Virus record (IMG/VR): IMGVR_UViG_3300030708_000834
Location: 1-28,090 of that record
DNA length: 28,090 nt
Origin: a virus
Taxonomy: Duplodnaviria > Caudoviricetes
Reading direction: 5' to 3' (one strand)
Shown here: positions 1 to 10,357 of the stretch, in pieces
Position numbering within the stretch: the first letter of the stretch is position 1
How the letters are laid out: the number at the start of each line of letters is the position of its first letter
Notes under the pieces: model-generated
Database searches by the model: none
The model's input: only the letters and a program-made list of their open reading frames with translations
What the model was told of the DNA's origin: nothing
Made by a program: the position numbers and the translations under genes

Positions 1-1992
1 TTCATAAACTCCCATACTAGTATCAAACTCTGAAAGCTCTAAATTTTTATTTCCTATTGCTAAAGAGTATAATAAGTTTTGTTCAGCAGTTAATCCTTCT
101 CCTGCAATATAGCCATAATTTAAACCTCTTGCTAAAACAGTAGCTTTTTGTTCTAAATTCATATTATTAAAAGCTTGAGCACTAGGAGGAGCAATATAAT
201 CTGCGTAATACTTTAATTCAGATATGTCATAATCACCATTTTCTAACTCTTTATCAAACTTCTTTTCTGCCGTTGTATATAAGAAATCGTCAATAGGTGT
301 ATCTGTTGGTTTATTTCTTGCTTCTTTAGCAGAATCTACTACATCTTTTATATAAGGTTCTGAATTTAATAAAGTATTTAAATCAACTGCTAAATTCTTA
401 CCATCATTAGTAACATACTTTCCTAAATTAGGACGACCTATTAAGTAATCAGTTAATAAGTTAATTGATTGTTTTATCCAATCTTTAGTTTCATCTATAT
501 TTAATAAAGCAGAAAAACCTTCTTCACCAGGATTAACGCCTACTGATGACATAACAGCTTTTAAAATAGTTTCTCCTGCTTGTAAAGTGCCTCCGTCTTG
601 AATATCTAATAAGTTATTGTAGTCTTCGTCTGTTAAGTAAGGATAATTTAAATGAACGTCATTTTCATTTAAGTTGCCATTTAATCTTTGAATACTTAAT
701 CTTCGTAATATAGTAGGGTCAGAAGTTTTAACATCATATAAATCTCCACTAGCATACTTTTGTAATAGAATTTTATATTTATCAACTTGTTGAGTATACT
801 TTTCATTACCGGGGAAACCATAGCCATTTGCATGAGATGTTCTTGTTAAGTTTCTTAATTCTATACTAGACTTAACCATTATATCTGCTCGTTGTTTAGC
901 AAAATGAGAAGAAGCATCAGGATAAAGTCTTCTATATTCTTCAACTTTCTCTGGAGTAAGAGTACTTAAATATGTTTCATATGCCTTATTTGGGTCACTT
1001 AACATTAATAGATTATTTGATATACCTTTAACCATTTCTCCTGTCTTACTATTTAAATCACTAATTAAAGCAATTTCATCCCCTGCATTTCTACTTGTGT
1101 CTGAAACTTCAAGAGCACTTTGATAATCAAAAGTATCTTTTAAGGCTATACCATTTTCATTTGTTATGTTTTCTAAAGCTGATAAAACTTCAAGTTGTCC
1201 AGTATTAATTAATGCTTGAACAACTGTTTTTAAACTTTTACTATGGCTATAATCTTCATCACCTAACTCAACAAATTTTCTTCTTCCTAGCTCTAATTGT
1301 TTATAAATTTCTTCTGCTTTAAATAAATTTGCAGCACCTTCGCTTAACTCAGCTCCTTCTGGTAATGCAGGTTTTGTTATTACTATGTTTTGTAAACTAC
1401 TATAATAATTATTCTCAAAGGTTTTTAGTGTATTTGAAGTACGAGCTTTATTTCCATCTGATATTGCCTTATTCATTTTAGGCATAACTTTACTAGAAAA
1501 AGTAGAAAACCAAATACCATCTGCTTGAGGAGAGTTTCTTGTAAAACTATTAAATACCTGTTGAGGAATAGCATCGTATTCTTCTTGTTTATATTCTATA
1601 TACTTATCGTCATTTTTAGGAAGTTGAGATGCTTTTAAGTAAGCTTCTTGTTTAGTAGCTACATCTACTTCCCATTTATAAGAATCATTGCTAGCTCTTA
1701 ATTCACTATAAGCTCTCCACTTATTATCTGTCCAGCCTTCGGGAGGACTACTATATTTACTTAAAGCTTCAATACCTTCATCAGCTATTAATTGTTGTAA
1801 GTCAACTTTAGCTTGTGCGTCTTGTCTTTCTTCATAAACTTTTTTTATACCTATTGCAGCCTTAGCAGTATCATCTAGTAACGTAGAAAAAGCTCTTACA
1901 ATCTCAGGAGTTCTATCATATTCTTGCTCAGCTCGTACTTCAGGAGCAGTAGGATTTACTTTAAATTGTTCTGTTCTTTGTTGTGTACTCAT
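1..1992 (-). CDS. Internal virion (ejection) protein, gp15-like; runs off the window edge (partial, >=664 aa)
   Basis: Not in the ORF track. Manual translation from ATG 1992 (TAATG overlap with the upstream stop) gives MSTQQRTEQFKVNPTAPEVRAEQ... and stays open to base 1. It lies directly after the gp13/gp14-like genes. Confidence 0.7.
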   Translation of the reverse strand, partial: MSTQQRTEQFKVNPTAPEVRAEQEYDRTPEIVRAFSTLLDDTAKAAIGIKKVYEERQDAQAKVDLQQLIADEGIEALSKYSSPPEGWTDNKWRAYSELRASNDSYKWEVDVATKQEAYLKASQLPKNDDKYIEYKQEEYDAIPQQVFNSFTRNSPQADGIWFSTFSSKVMPKMNKAISDGNKARTSNTLKTFENNYYSSLQNIVITKPALPEGAELSEGAANLFKAEEIYKQLELGRRKFVELGDEDYSHSKSLKTVVQALINTGQLEVLSALENITNENGIALKDTFDYQSALEVSDTSRNAGDEIALISDLNSKTGEMVKGISNNLLMLSDPNKAYETYLSTLTPEKVEEYRRLYPDASSHFAKQRADIMVKSSIELRNLTRTSHANGYGFPGNEKYTQQVDKYKILLQKYASGDLYDVKTSDPTILRRLSIQRLNGNLNENDVHLNYPYLTDEDYNNLLDIQDGGTLQAGETILKAVMSSVGVNPGEEGFSALLNIDETKDWIKQSINLLTDYLIGRPNLGKYVTNDGKNLAVDLNTLLNSEPYIKDVVDSAKEARNKPTDTPIDDFLYTTAEKKFDKELENGDYDISELKYYADYIAPPSAQAFNNMNLEQKATVLARGLNYGYIAGEGLTAEQNLLYSLAIGNKNLELSEFDTSMGVYE

Positions 1993-2603
1993 TAAAATAA
2001 TCCTTTCGTATCTGTTGAACCACCTTCAACTTCTACTTGGTTAGAACTAGTAGAAGTAGCACCTTTTTCAAAAGCACTTCCTATTGTATATCCTGTCATA
2101 AATCCACTTACTCCTGCTCCAAGCCCTTCCATTGCTATTTCTTCACCTGACTTAAAGTTTTTATTTAAATTATTTCTTATGTCTTGCAGTGTTCCTAAGT
2201 ACTTTCCTTTATTATCAGCAAATTGACTAACTGCTTGTCTTCTTCTATTTTGTTTACTAGTAGCAATAGCAGATAAATCTAAAGCGTTTTCTGCTACAAC
2301 AGATTGAAATATCTTACTAGTAGAATTACCCATAGGTTGTTTATCTCCTATTGCCATTAATATATCAGATTCTTCTGCAGCATTTTTTCTATCAGCAATA
2401 TTTTCTACTTCTTCTAAACGCTCTAAATCCATTCCATAATTTAATTCTGTACGAACTCTATTATTATAGTATTGTTCTTTAGCTGCTGCAGCTTGTGCTC
2501 TAGCTATTTTATTAGCTCTTTTATTAGCTTTTGTATTTCCAAAAATACTTAGTCCAGTTTGAGTGGCTGCCATAGTTATTCCCATTGTTACAGGTTCACA
2601 CAT
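1992..2603 (-). CDS. Internal virion protein, gp14-like
   Basis: 203 aa with an MCEPVT N-terminus, Ala/Gln-rich helical body and Gly-rich hydrophobic C-terminal segment; syntenic after the gp13-like gene. Confidence 0.75.
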   Translation of the reverse strand: MCEPVTMGITMAATQTGLSIFGNTKANKRANKIARAQAAAAKEQYYNNRVRTELNYGMDLERLEEVENIADRKNAAEESDILMAIGDKQPMGNSTSKIFQSVVAENALDLSAIATSKQNRRRQAVSQFADNKGKYLGTLQDIRNNLNKNFKSGEEIAMEGLGAGVSGFMTGYTIGSAFEKGATSTSSNQVEVEGGSTDTKGLF

Positions 2604-3070
2604 TATTTACCTCTCTTTCCCAAGTAAAATTTATAAAATTTAGTTTCATGATAAAATTCATATTCCTTATTTTTTTCTACTACAAAACCTAATCTTTCAA
2701 GCCATTTTATAGTTTTTGTATTTTTATTCCATACGTAATTAACAACAGGTTTTTCGAAAGTTCTTAAAAGTTCTACAAACTTTTTACCTTCTTCCAACCA
2801 ACTTCTTTTTTCATGCTTGCTTTTATTAGTACCTGCAAACCAAGGTATTACTGCGTCTGGTAAAATAACTACACCACCTACTGAAACTATTTCTTGTTTT
2901 TCATTTACTCCTTTCCAAAGTAAATCACTAACTGAAATAGATTCTGCTAATTCTTTTTGCCAAGGTTGTCCCGAAGCACATGTAAATTCTATAATATCTG
3001 AAGGACGTAATGTAATATTACTAGCTTCAAATTTATCTTCTGATGTAGTTATTAACTCTAATTTAAACAT
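2603..3070 (-). CDS. gp13-like internal virion protein A / GNAT acetyltransferase-fold protein
   Basis: Motifs LRPSDIIE, PWFAGT and NYVWNKNTKTIKWLERLGF are typical of gp13/GNAT-like proteins. Start moved to ATG 3070 because of the TAATG overlap with the upstream stop. Confidence 0.75.
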   Translation of the reverse strand: MFKLELITTSEDKFEASNITLRPSDIIEFTCASGQPWQKELAESISVSDLLWKGVNEKQEIVSVGGVVILPDAVIPWFAGTNKSKHEKRSWLEEGKKFVELLRTFEKPVVNYVWNKNTKTIKWLERLGFVVEKNKEYEFYHETKFYKFYLGKRGK

Positions 3071-4047
3071 TATGCTGAACGATACCAAAGACTTCCAGTT
3101 ATGTAAGGTTGTAAGTTATTATGAGGTTGGTCTCCTCCAGTAGACGAAGTAGTAGTACTGCCTCCCGAAACTATAGTATGTTTATTTTCATCGTCATCTC
3201 TGTCATTAATACTTTGAATCCCTACTGTGTGAGTATGACTTGGCATTTCATCTACAGTTAAAGTATGAGTTTTAGAACCTCCAGTTTCTAGTAAGTTATC
3301 AAAATCTGTATCTGCAGTATTATAACCTACTATAACTCTTCCTTCTATTCTAGTCCAAGAACCAAAGCCTAGTAAAGTAGCAGGGTCTTGTGTATTTAAC
3401 ATATTACAATATACTGAACCTAATGGATATAATACATCACCTATTGCTGCTTTTACGCTTGATATATTTAAATCAGTACCTTGTATTGTTCCATCTTCAA
3501 TTTCATTTGTTCCTACTGCTCCAGTAGCTATTCTTGTTTGAGTAACGAAATCGTTAGCAGTTATAGCTGTTATACTATTTTTATTAGAATTAATAGTACC
3601 TGTTAAAGCTAAAGCAGTTGTATCATAACCATCAGCTTGTTGTTCACTTAACTCTTGTAGTTTAAATAAACTTTGTCTTACTGCTTGGTTAAGGTTAGTA
3701 TCTGTTAATAAACTTGTATCTGCAAAAGATACTGAAGGACTACTAATATCTGTAGTTCTTAGTAATGCTATTTTATCTAAAGTAGTATCAATAGTAAGTC
3801 CCGACACTGTATTATCTAATAATGTTAGTTCTTTACTATTAGTATCATTTGTAAAATGAGTACCTTCTTCTAATATAGTTTCTGTTTGATTGTTGTCCCC
3901 AGTCCCAATATAATAATCTTTAATGTGCAAAACAGTTATAGTTGTTATGTTAGGCAAAAGGTCTAAACTACTATAGTCTAAAACTCTGTCTTGTCCATTA
4001 TTATTTACTTCTGAGCCTGAAAACTCTTTAATTGACTTTGCCGCCAT
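3070..4047 (-). CDS. Short tail fibre/adaptor protein with C-terminal tail-collar/baseplate-like domain
   Basis: The N-terminus resembles the T7 gp17 attachment domain (LLRTTD...VSFADTSLLTDTNLNQAVRQSLFKLQE). The C-terminus YPLGSVY..DPATLLGFGSWTRI.GRVIVG..GGSKTHTLTVDEMPSHTH..HNNLQPY is a collar/baseplate-type motif. Confidence 0.7.
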   Translation of the reverse strand: MAAKSIKEFSGSEVNNNGQDRVLDYSSLDLLPNITTITVLHIKDYYIGTGDNNQTETILEEGTHFTNDTNSKELTLLDNTVSGLTIDTTLDKIALLRTTDISSPSVSFADTSLLTDTNLNQAVRQSLFKLQELSEQQADGYDTTALALTGTINSNKNSITAITANDFVTQTRIATGAVGTNEIEDGTIQGTDLNISSVKAAIGDVLYPLGSVYCNMLNTQDPATLLGFGSWTRIEGRVIVGYNTADTDFDNLLETGGSKTHTLTVDEMPSHTHTVGIQSINDRDDDENKHTIVSGGSTTTSSTGGDQPHNNLQPYITGSLWYRSA

Positions 4048-7000
4048 ATTTTATCTTGCTCCTATTTATATAAGTTCCTTCATAAGCAATTCCCACGAAC
4101 TGAGACCTATAAGGACTATTGTTTTTTAAAGTTAATGTTAAGTTTTCTGTATTACTATTTACTCCAAATTTATGTATACCACTTTCTTTTTGAGGTACAT
4201 CAGAGCTAACTAATCCTACTTTACCTGTAAATTGTTTCTCATAAGTTTCTCTACCTTTGGTCTTTACTTCTAATGAAAAGTTTACTGCGTCTTGGAAACT
4301 AATATCAATAGATTTTAGATTTAAACGTCCTGTAGGATAATTTTTATTTTGTACTTGTAAGAAGTATGGAGATAAAGTGTATGAACTTTCTACTGGATAA
4401 CCAAAGAATAATACTCTTCCATAATAAGTTATATTAGGAGGAGTTACCCAAACATCAGTATATTTACTTAATTGGTTAATTACTACAGTTCCATGATAAT
4501 TATTACTACTATCATCTTTAGCTCTACTACCTTCTCTAGTATTAACAATGTCAACAGATGCAGTAGGTTCTTCTTCTAGATTATCTACAAAATTGTAATT
4601 AAATATATCATTGTTAGTTTCTGAATTAGCAACCCAAGCATATGAAGAAATACTTCCAAGTATATTATAAGTGCTTGAAGAATAGAAATCAACTACTGAC
4701 GTTCCTGACCCATCCTGAAATCTTATATCAAATACATTATTTTTATTTCCAAAAATATCTGTAGTAACTAATTTAAAGTGATTTAAAGAACCTTTAGAAG
4801 AAACTTCTTGAACACTTGTAGGTCTATCTCCTTGTACAGTTACGCTATTATTTATAGTATAAATATCAGTACTCATAATTTTTGAATCTAATGATGCAGT
4901 CCTAAAGTTTTCATAGTTAGTTATAGTATCTTTAGGAGTAGCTTTATCTGAATCATACAGAGTTTGTTGTACATTGTCAAGATAAACTTTTACAGTTCCA
5001 TCATTATAATCAACATCTAACCTTTTTTCTATTCCTGTCCAAAGATTATCAAAGTAAAGGCTTTCACTTCCATCAATATATTGTGGTTCAAAAGCAGTAG
5101 TATAAGTATGTGAAGTTATTATTCCACTACTAAGAATATTAGAAGTATCATCTCCCCAGTCTATAGGAACTCCTGTATTAGCAGCCGTATGTGTAACAGC
5201 CAGTCCTGTTATTTTTTGTCCTATAGTTCCTCCATGTACCCAAAAGTAATTTATAGTATCATCTATTTCTTCAAAGACTTTGTGAGCAGTAGAACTAGTA
5301 GGTATAAATTTAAGTTTAGTCCAACTAGTATTACCATCTTTTTGTATAGCAAAAGTACCTTTACTATCAAAACCTTGTGTATCTTTTTTATTACAATAAA
5401 TAACTGAATTATCTGATGTAGTACTATCAAAAGTTCCTCGAACAGTAAGATTAAATTTATCTCCTAAGGTATGTTCATCTAAAGCTATAGCAGCATTTAC
5501 TGTATCTAAGTCTTCAACTCTAGTAGTAGATGCTCCATTAAATGTTAATTTACCATTAGTTTTATTTTCAGAATGTTTAAATTGTGAGATATAACCTTTT
5601 AATTGTACACTAGCACCATCTTCATTTCCAATATAAGAAACTGAAGTTGCAGAAGAAGGTGTTAAAGAATTTGCTAAATCTATTCTATCTATAACTACTC
5701 TATCTCCAGAATCTAATATTGACCTATCAAATAAAGGTAAGTTAACTCCGTGATTAGTTACACTTATTATTCCATAATACCAAGTTATTATTATATCATT
5801 CCAAGCATTGTTAAATAAATTATCAATAAAAAACTTATTTCTTGTACTGTTTTTATATATTTCTAAAACTGCATTTTTTGTATTTCTATCTCTATAAATA
5901 TTTATTCTTTCATTACTAGCTTGTCTATTACCACCTAAAGATAAAACAGAAACATTGTCTCTACTTTCAGATGATAAGTATATTTTTAAATTAGTTGTAA
6001 ATTCATTTAAAGAACTTAAAGTTACTGCAGGTATTTTTACATAGTTACCTTGTACTCCTGCTACTCCATTACCTTTAAACTCTAACATAGCTTTTCTAAT
6101 AGATTCAGTACCATTAAAGTTAAGATTTAAATGCCAAGTATTAGTATCTGTTAAGCTATCAATTTCTTGAGAAGGTAAGATTCCACCTACTATTCTTGTA
6201 TAAGTATTACTACCTCTACTTGCTTGACTAACAAAATCAGGAAATCTTCCATCATCTCCTAAGCCTTTAATCTCATAACGATTAGTGTCACTATTATAAT
6301 CTATAAGTTTCTTAGTTCCTGTAGCTAGTTTATAAGCTTTATCATTACTACTGTTAGCATCTATTGATTCATTATAAGTACCATTATAGTCATCAATATA
6401 AGAGTTACTTAATATAATATCACTAGGAACATAAGACGTTAATTCTGGAACTCCTATAGTAGAAGTATATGTTTCTCCTAAAGAACTATCAGGATTATTA
6501 GCTTCTAATAATTGTGTAGGAAATATTTGTTTTAATTCATTATTAACAGTAGCTACTGCTAATAAACTGTTATCTAGTTCTGCTCTAAAAGGTAAATCAA
6601 ATTTAGTTACTTCTGTTGTATTATCTTCTGTTATTGTATAGTTAGGATTATCTTTAAAAACTTTTTGGTCAATTTGTAGTTGTGATGAATAATCAAACAA
6701 ATCTAATTTAGCTATATTAATATTTAATCCAGAATTTTCTACAAGATAAATTGTATTATCAAAGACTACTGCACCAAATATATCTGCATTAAAATTAAAT
6801 TTAGACCACGCAGATTGTAATTGTTTCTTATTACTTTCATAGTAACTATAAACGTAAATATTTTTAGGTTCTGAAACTGTTCCTAAGAATATCATATTTT
6901 TATTAGATATGCTAGTCATGTACTTTATATCTTTAGGAATATATGTATCTACATGTGCAGTTATTTCTATAGCATCTTTTACTAAGTTATCATCTTTTAC

Positions 7001-8542
7001 TACATACTTTCTAATAACAGCATTTGCACCTATATTATCTGCAAAGTATACATTACTACCTAATTTTTCAGGTCTAACATCTTCATCTACACTATAAGAT
7101 GTAATTAATTCTGTTCGAACAGTTGAAGGACTTAAAGCTTCTGCAGATGAGTTTACTAAAAATTGTTGGTTTTCTGTAAAGACTATTAGTCCATTACCAT
7201 ATACTTCCATATATTTAGGTCTAACAGAAAAGTTACTTCCTAAGAAAATATCAATAGGGTTATCAGAATTATTTATAATAGCAGAAGAAGCAAATAAATT
7301 AAAGTAGTCATTAGATTTTGACATTACTACACTATCTTGTCCTAAATAAACTAATCTATTTCTAAAGAACTGTACATCAATAATTGATTTACCTATAAAT
7401 GAAGGGATAGGGTTAGAGTCATCATCTCCTACTAATCTATTAGCATAAGATTGAGCTGACCTTTGATTACTTAATCCAGTATCACCAGATACTACAAAAC
7501 TAAATTCAGCTACTCCATCAGAGTTAGGTGCTCCTGTTCTAATTAAAAAGTGTGGCATTGTATCAGGGTCTATTTCAAAGTCAAGACCAGGCTCAAGAGC
7601 TTCTTCCCAAATCTGTTTGCTAGCATTCCAACTAACATAATAATTTGCTAAAGTGTTTTGTTCATCTACTCCTACAACATTTAAGACATATCCATCATAT
7701 CCACCTAGTTTAGGAAGTGCTGCTGCTGAAGAAACATTTTGATTAATAACATTTATCTCTAACTCTATATCTTTACGAACATAAATATCTTGAGTTAATA
7801 TATCTGTATCATGAGTTATTTTAACAATATTATCATCTGTTGTAATAGTTAAATTAGTTAACGAAGCATTTGCTTCAATAGCAGTTTTAATTGCACTAGC
7901 TATTTGTACAAAAGTACTAGAAGAAGTTATTCCAGTTGTAGTACAAGTTTGAACTGCTGCCGCTCCTTGTTTAATAAATATATCAAAGTTTGCAGTAGGG
8001 TTGCCTTCAACTGAAATAATAGCAGTTTGTCCATTATTAGTATTGGTTGTTGCATTAGTTTTCATTGATGTAACTTTTTCTGCATTACTTACAATAACGT
8101 AATCTTCTATCACGGCGGTTCTAATGCTTTGTCTTGGAGTTGTAGTTGCTACGTACGTATTAGTATTACTTCCACCTGCACTAGAACTTCCATATAAAAC
8201 TGTTTGTTTTACTCCATCTTTATTATAAACTTCTATAGGCTTAGAAGCACTATCAGTAAATACTAATATATAATCATCAGTTACTGCATTAACATCAGTA
8301 GCAGAAGCTTTGTTGTTTTTGTCTATCTTAGTAATAAAAGAATTAGCATTTATACTAGTATCAATAGGTTCTAAAGAAGTAATTAATTCTGTACCATTTC
8401 TAGTTTCTAGTCCTCTAGCTATACTTGATACAAAATTTATTTGTTCTTCTGCCTGATTACCTAACTTTACTAAGTCAGGTTGAGTTGACACTCCGTTTGA
8501 TAGTCCTGTTACTTGATGACTAAAGAAAGATTTAGATGCCAT
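4028..8542 (-). CDS. Tail tubular protein B (gp12, nozzle) with a large internal lectin-like insertion, ~1504 aa
   Basis: gp12 motifs GVSTQP, GLETRNG, TMPHFLIR, RLVGDDDSNPIPSFIG..FFRNRL, QSAWSKF and C-terminal GRLNLK..YEGTY. Start placed at ATG 8542 (MASKSFF), overlapping the gp11 end. Confidence 0.9.
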   Translation of the reverse strand: MASKSFFSHQVTGLSNGVSTQPDLVKLGNQAEEQINFVSSIARGLETRNGTELITSLEPIDTSINANSFITKIDKNNKASATDVNAVTDDYILVFTDSASKPIEVYNKDGVKQTVLYGSSSAGGSNTNTYVATTTPRQSIRTAVIEDYVIVSNAEKVTSMKTNATTNTNNGQTAIISVEGNPTANFDIFIKQGAAAVQTCTTTGITSSSTFVQIASAIKTAIEANASLTNLTITTDDNIVKITHDTDILTQDIYVRKDIELEINVINQNVSSAAALPKLGGYDGYVLNVVGVDEQNTLANYYVSWNASKQIWEEALEPGLDFEIDPDTMPHFLIRTGAPNSDGVAEFSFVVSGDTGLSNQRSAQSYANRLVGDDDSNPIPSFIGKSIIDVQFFRNRLVYLGQDSVVMSKSNDYFNLFASSAIINNSDNPIDIFLGSNFSVRPKYMEVYGNGLIVFTENQQFLVNSSAEALSPSTVRTELITSYSVDEDVRPEKLGSNVYFADNIGANAVIRKYVVKDDNLVKDAIEITAHVDTYIPKDIKYMTSISNKNMIFLGTVSEPKNIYVYSYYESNKKQLQSAWSKFNFNADIFGAVVFDNTIYLVENSGLNINIAKLDLFDYSSQLQIDQKVFKDNPNYTITEDNTTEVTKFDLPFRAELDNSLLAVATVNNELKQIFPTQLLEANNPDSSLGETYTSTIGVPELTSYVPSDIILSNSYIDDYNGTYNESIDANSSNDKAYKLATGTKKLIDYNSDTNRYEIKGLGDDGRFPDFVSQASRGSNTYTRIVGGILPSQEIDSLTDTNTWHLNLNFNGTESIRKAMLEFKGNGVAGVQGNYVKIPAVTLSSLNEFTTNLKIYLSSESRDNVSVLSLGGNRQASNERINIYRDRNTKNAVLEIYKNSTRNKFFIDNLFNNAWNDIIITWYYGIISVTNHGVNLPLFDRSILDSGDRVVIDRIDLANSLTPSSATSVSYIGNEDGASVQLKGYISQFKHSENKTNGKLTFNGASTTRVEDLDTVNAAIALDEHTLGDKFNLTVRGTFDSTTSDNSVIYCNKKDTQGFDSKGTFAIQKDGNTSWTKLKFIPTSSTAHKVFEEIDDTINYFWVHGGTIGQKITGLAVTHTAANTGVPIDWGDDTSNILSSGIITSHTYTTAFEPQYIDGSESLYFDNLWTGIEKRLDVDYNDGTVKVYLDNVQQTLYDSDKATPKDTITNYENFRTASLDSKIMSTDIYTINNSVTVQGDRPTSVQEVSSKGSLNHFKLVTTDIFGNKNNVFDIRFQDGSGTSVVDFYSSSTYNILGSISSYAWVANSETNNDIFNYNFVDNLEEEPTASVDIVNTREGSRAKDDSSNNYHGTVVINQLSKYTDVWVTPPNITYYGRVLFFGYPVESSYTLSPYFLQVQNKNYPTGRLNLKSIDISFQDAVNFSLEVKTKGRETYEKQFTGKVGLVSSDVPQKESGIHKFGVNSNTENLTLTLKNNSPYRSQFVGIAYEGTYINRSKIKYGGKVN

Positions 8543-9140
8543 AATTTGGATAATCCCTTGTTCTATGAAGTACTCCAAAGGAAGCTTCAGAGTCATATAA
8601 TATATTTGCTTGTTCTACGTCTATTTGTTCTCTACGAAATTCTATTCTAGCTTCTAGTTCGTCTTGTTCTGTTAATTTAAATAAATCAACATCACCTACA
8701 ACTTGTGAGCCAAACTTTCTAGCAGTATTAACTGTTATATAACTTCTTACTACTTGAGGTAAATCTTCCCATGTCAAGAAACTAACTAGAGTAACTTTTA
8801 AATCTTCATCAAATTCATAAGTATTATTTTTTCTATCGTAAAGTTTTTGCCCTCGTTGAACCACGTCTCGCTTACCTTCGTTTGTTTTTCTAGGAATATA
8901 AACTTTTAAAGTATTTGTAGGTAAACTAATATGTTTTGAAGAGTCCCTAGATAAAGTAAGTTCATAGTCAGTATTACATACTAAACCGATAGATTGTATT
9001 TTTCTTGAGTTATCATGAAGCATTTGACGAGCCATTAATGCGTCTGCAAATGCAGTATCAAGGCTGCTTACGGGACTTTCATTAATGTTTTGCAAACAAA
9101 CATTTACTGCTTCTAATTCTGTTTGAGGTAATAAATTCAT
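8532..9140 (-). CDS. Tail tubular protein A (gp11)
   Basis: TELEAVNVCLQNINESPV, VQRGQKLYDRKNNTYEF and WEDLPQVVRSYI..ARKF motifs; follows the capsid gene. Confidence 0.93.
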   Translation of the reverse strand: MNLLPQTELEAVNVCLQNINESPVSSLDTAFADALMARQMLHDNSRKIQSIGLVCNTDYELTLSRDSSKHISLPTNTLKVYIPRKTNEGKRDVVQRGQKLYDRKNNTYEFDEDLKVTLVSFLTWEDLPQVVRSYITVNTARKFGSQVVGDVDLFKLTEQDELEARIEFRREQIDVEQANILYDSEASFGVLHRTRDYPNYGI

Positions 9141-9159
9141 GTTGTCCTTTTAAAATTAT

Positions 9160-9184
9160 AAAAAACCCCTCAAGAAGAGGGGTT
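9160..9184 (-). terminator. Intrinsic terminator after capsid, Tphi-like
   Basis: Minus strand reads AACCCCTC-TTCTT-GAGGGGTT-TTTT. Its 3' end TCTTGAGGGGTTTTTT matches the end of T7 Tphi, at the equivalent position. Confidence 0.88.
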
Positions 9185-9198
9185 GAAATTACTCAAGA

Positions 9199-10242
9199 TT
9201 ATGCAATCTTAAGCTCTACAGCACACTCAGGTCTAAGTGTTCCGATACCTACTGACTGACGAGCAACCATTAGAGTTCCTTGTCTTTCAACTTGGTAATC
9301 AGTTTGTACACCTAATCCAAGTAAACGTACCACACCGATAGCGTCAGCAGAGAAGATAACACCAACAGTCTTACTGAAATCACCATAATGGTAATAATCA
9401 ATACCTGTTGCTGCACCACTTTGTGCGACATTAGTGCTTGGTAAGTTTGGAGTCTTAAGAATAGTTACTCCACCAATCTTAAGAACTTTACCATCAGCAT
9501 AAGAACCTGCTCCATCATAATCACGATTGATTACTGAGAAACCAGACTCTTGTGTGCCTGCTAATAGGTCATAATAATCCTTAGGTCTTAAGATACAGAT
9601 TTTTTCATCTGTTTCTGAGACAAAAGCATTATCGAATTTTTCTTGTGCTGCAAAGATAGCGTTAGCTAAAGCTTCTGCTTTTGCTGCTACTGAAGATGCA
9701 TCACCTGTTAATGTATCACCTGCAGTTAACTGGAAAGTATCGTCTTCAATTTGATTGTCTCCACCAGCCGCTGGTAATTGTGTATTATCTGCTGCATATA
9801 AAGCATTAGCTTCACGAGCAGTTAAGATAAGTTTTCTAAGCAAATGTTGGTCATAAGTAAAACCAAGAGTTGCCCCTAGTTCTTTAGCGTAAGCTGAACG
9901 AACTTCGTAATGATTTAACATATCTTCAAAGTCATCTACGAAAGTAGACGCATACATTAAACCATCAATAGATATAACTTGCTCGTTATGAGCAATAGAT
10001 GTTGGTTCGATTTCTGTACCAGCAGCATGATAGCCAGTAGTAGAAGCACGACCAATCAAGGGGAAAGAAGCTGACTTCTGTCCACTAATTGTACGCTCTC
10101 TGACTTTGCCTTGCATTACTGTAGCTCGTTCAAAGCTTGCAAGTACTTCACCAGAGAACAACTCCAAGAACATTGCGTCTGTCGCACCAGTATTGTTTAC
10201 CTGACCCGGACGACCAAAGTTCGAATAATCGAGAGCTGCCAT
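9199..10242 (-). CDS. Major capsid protein (gp10)
   Basis: AMFLELFSGEVLASF, RTISGQKSASFP.IGR, YEVRSAYAKELG and GTLRPECAVEL motifs; AGGAG RBS. Confidence 0.96.
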   Translation of the reverse strand: MAALDYSNFGRPGQVNNTGATDAMFLELFSGEVLASFERATVMQGKVRERTISGQKSASFPLIGRASTTGYHAAGTEIEPTSIAHNEQVISIDGLMYASTFVDDFEDMLNHYEVRSAYAKELGATLGFTYDQHLLRKLILTAREANALYAADNTQLPAAGGDNQIEDDTFQLTAGDTLTGDASSVAAKAEALANAIFAAQEKFDNAFVSETDEKICILRPKDYYDLLAGTQESGFSVINRDYDGAGSYADGKVLKIGGVTILKTPNLPSTNVAQSGAATGIDYYHYGDFSKTVGVIFSADAIGVVRLLGLGVQTDYQVERQGTLMVARQSVGIGTLRPECAVELKIA

Positions 10243-10357
10243 TTTAATATCTCCTATGAGGTTAATAATTAATAATAAAAATAATCAATTATATATTTAC
10301 TTACAAGTTGTCTTACAATTAACATACCTTAGTAGTTTAAAGTAAGGCTTTAAATAT

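Noticed and set aside
4430-6520. gp12 insertion as an intein or intron
   Set aside because: I saw no intein splice-junction motifs or homing endonuclease signature; the content looks like beta-rich lectin domains in one continuous frame.
9185-9230. T7-like programmed frameshift producing an extended minor capsid protein
   Set aside because: No clear slippery site, and the terminator follows 14 nt after the stop, leaving no room for an extension.
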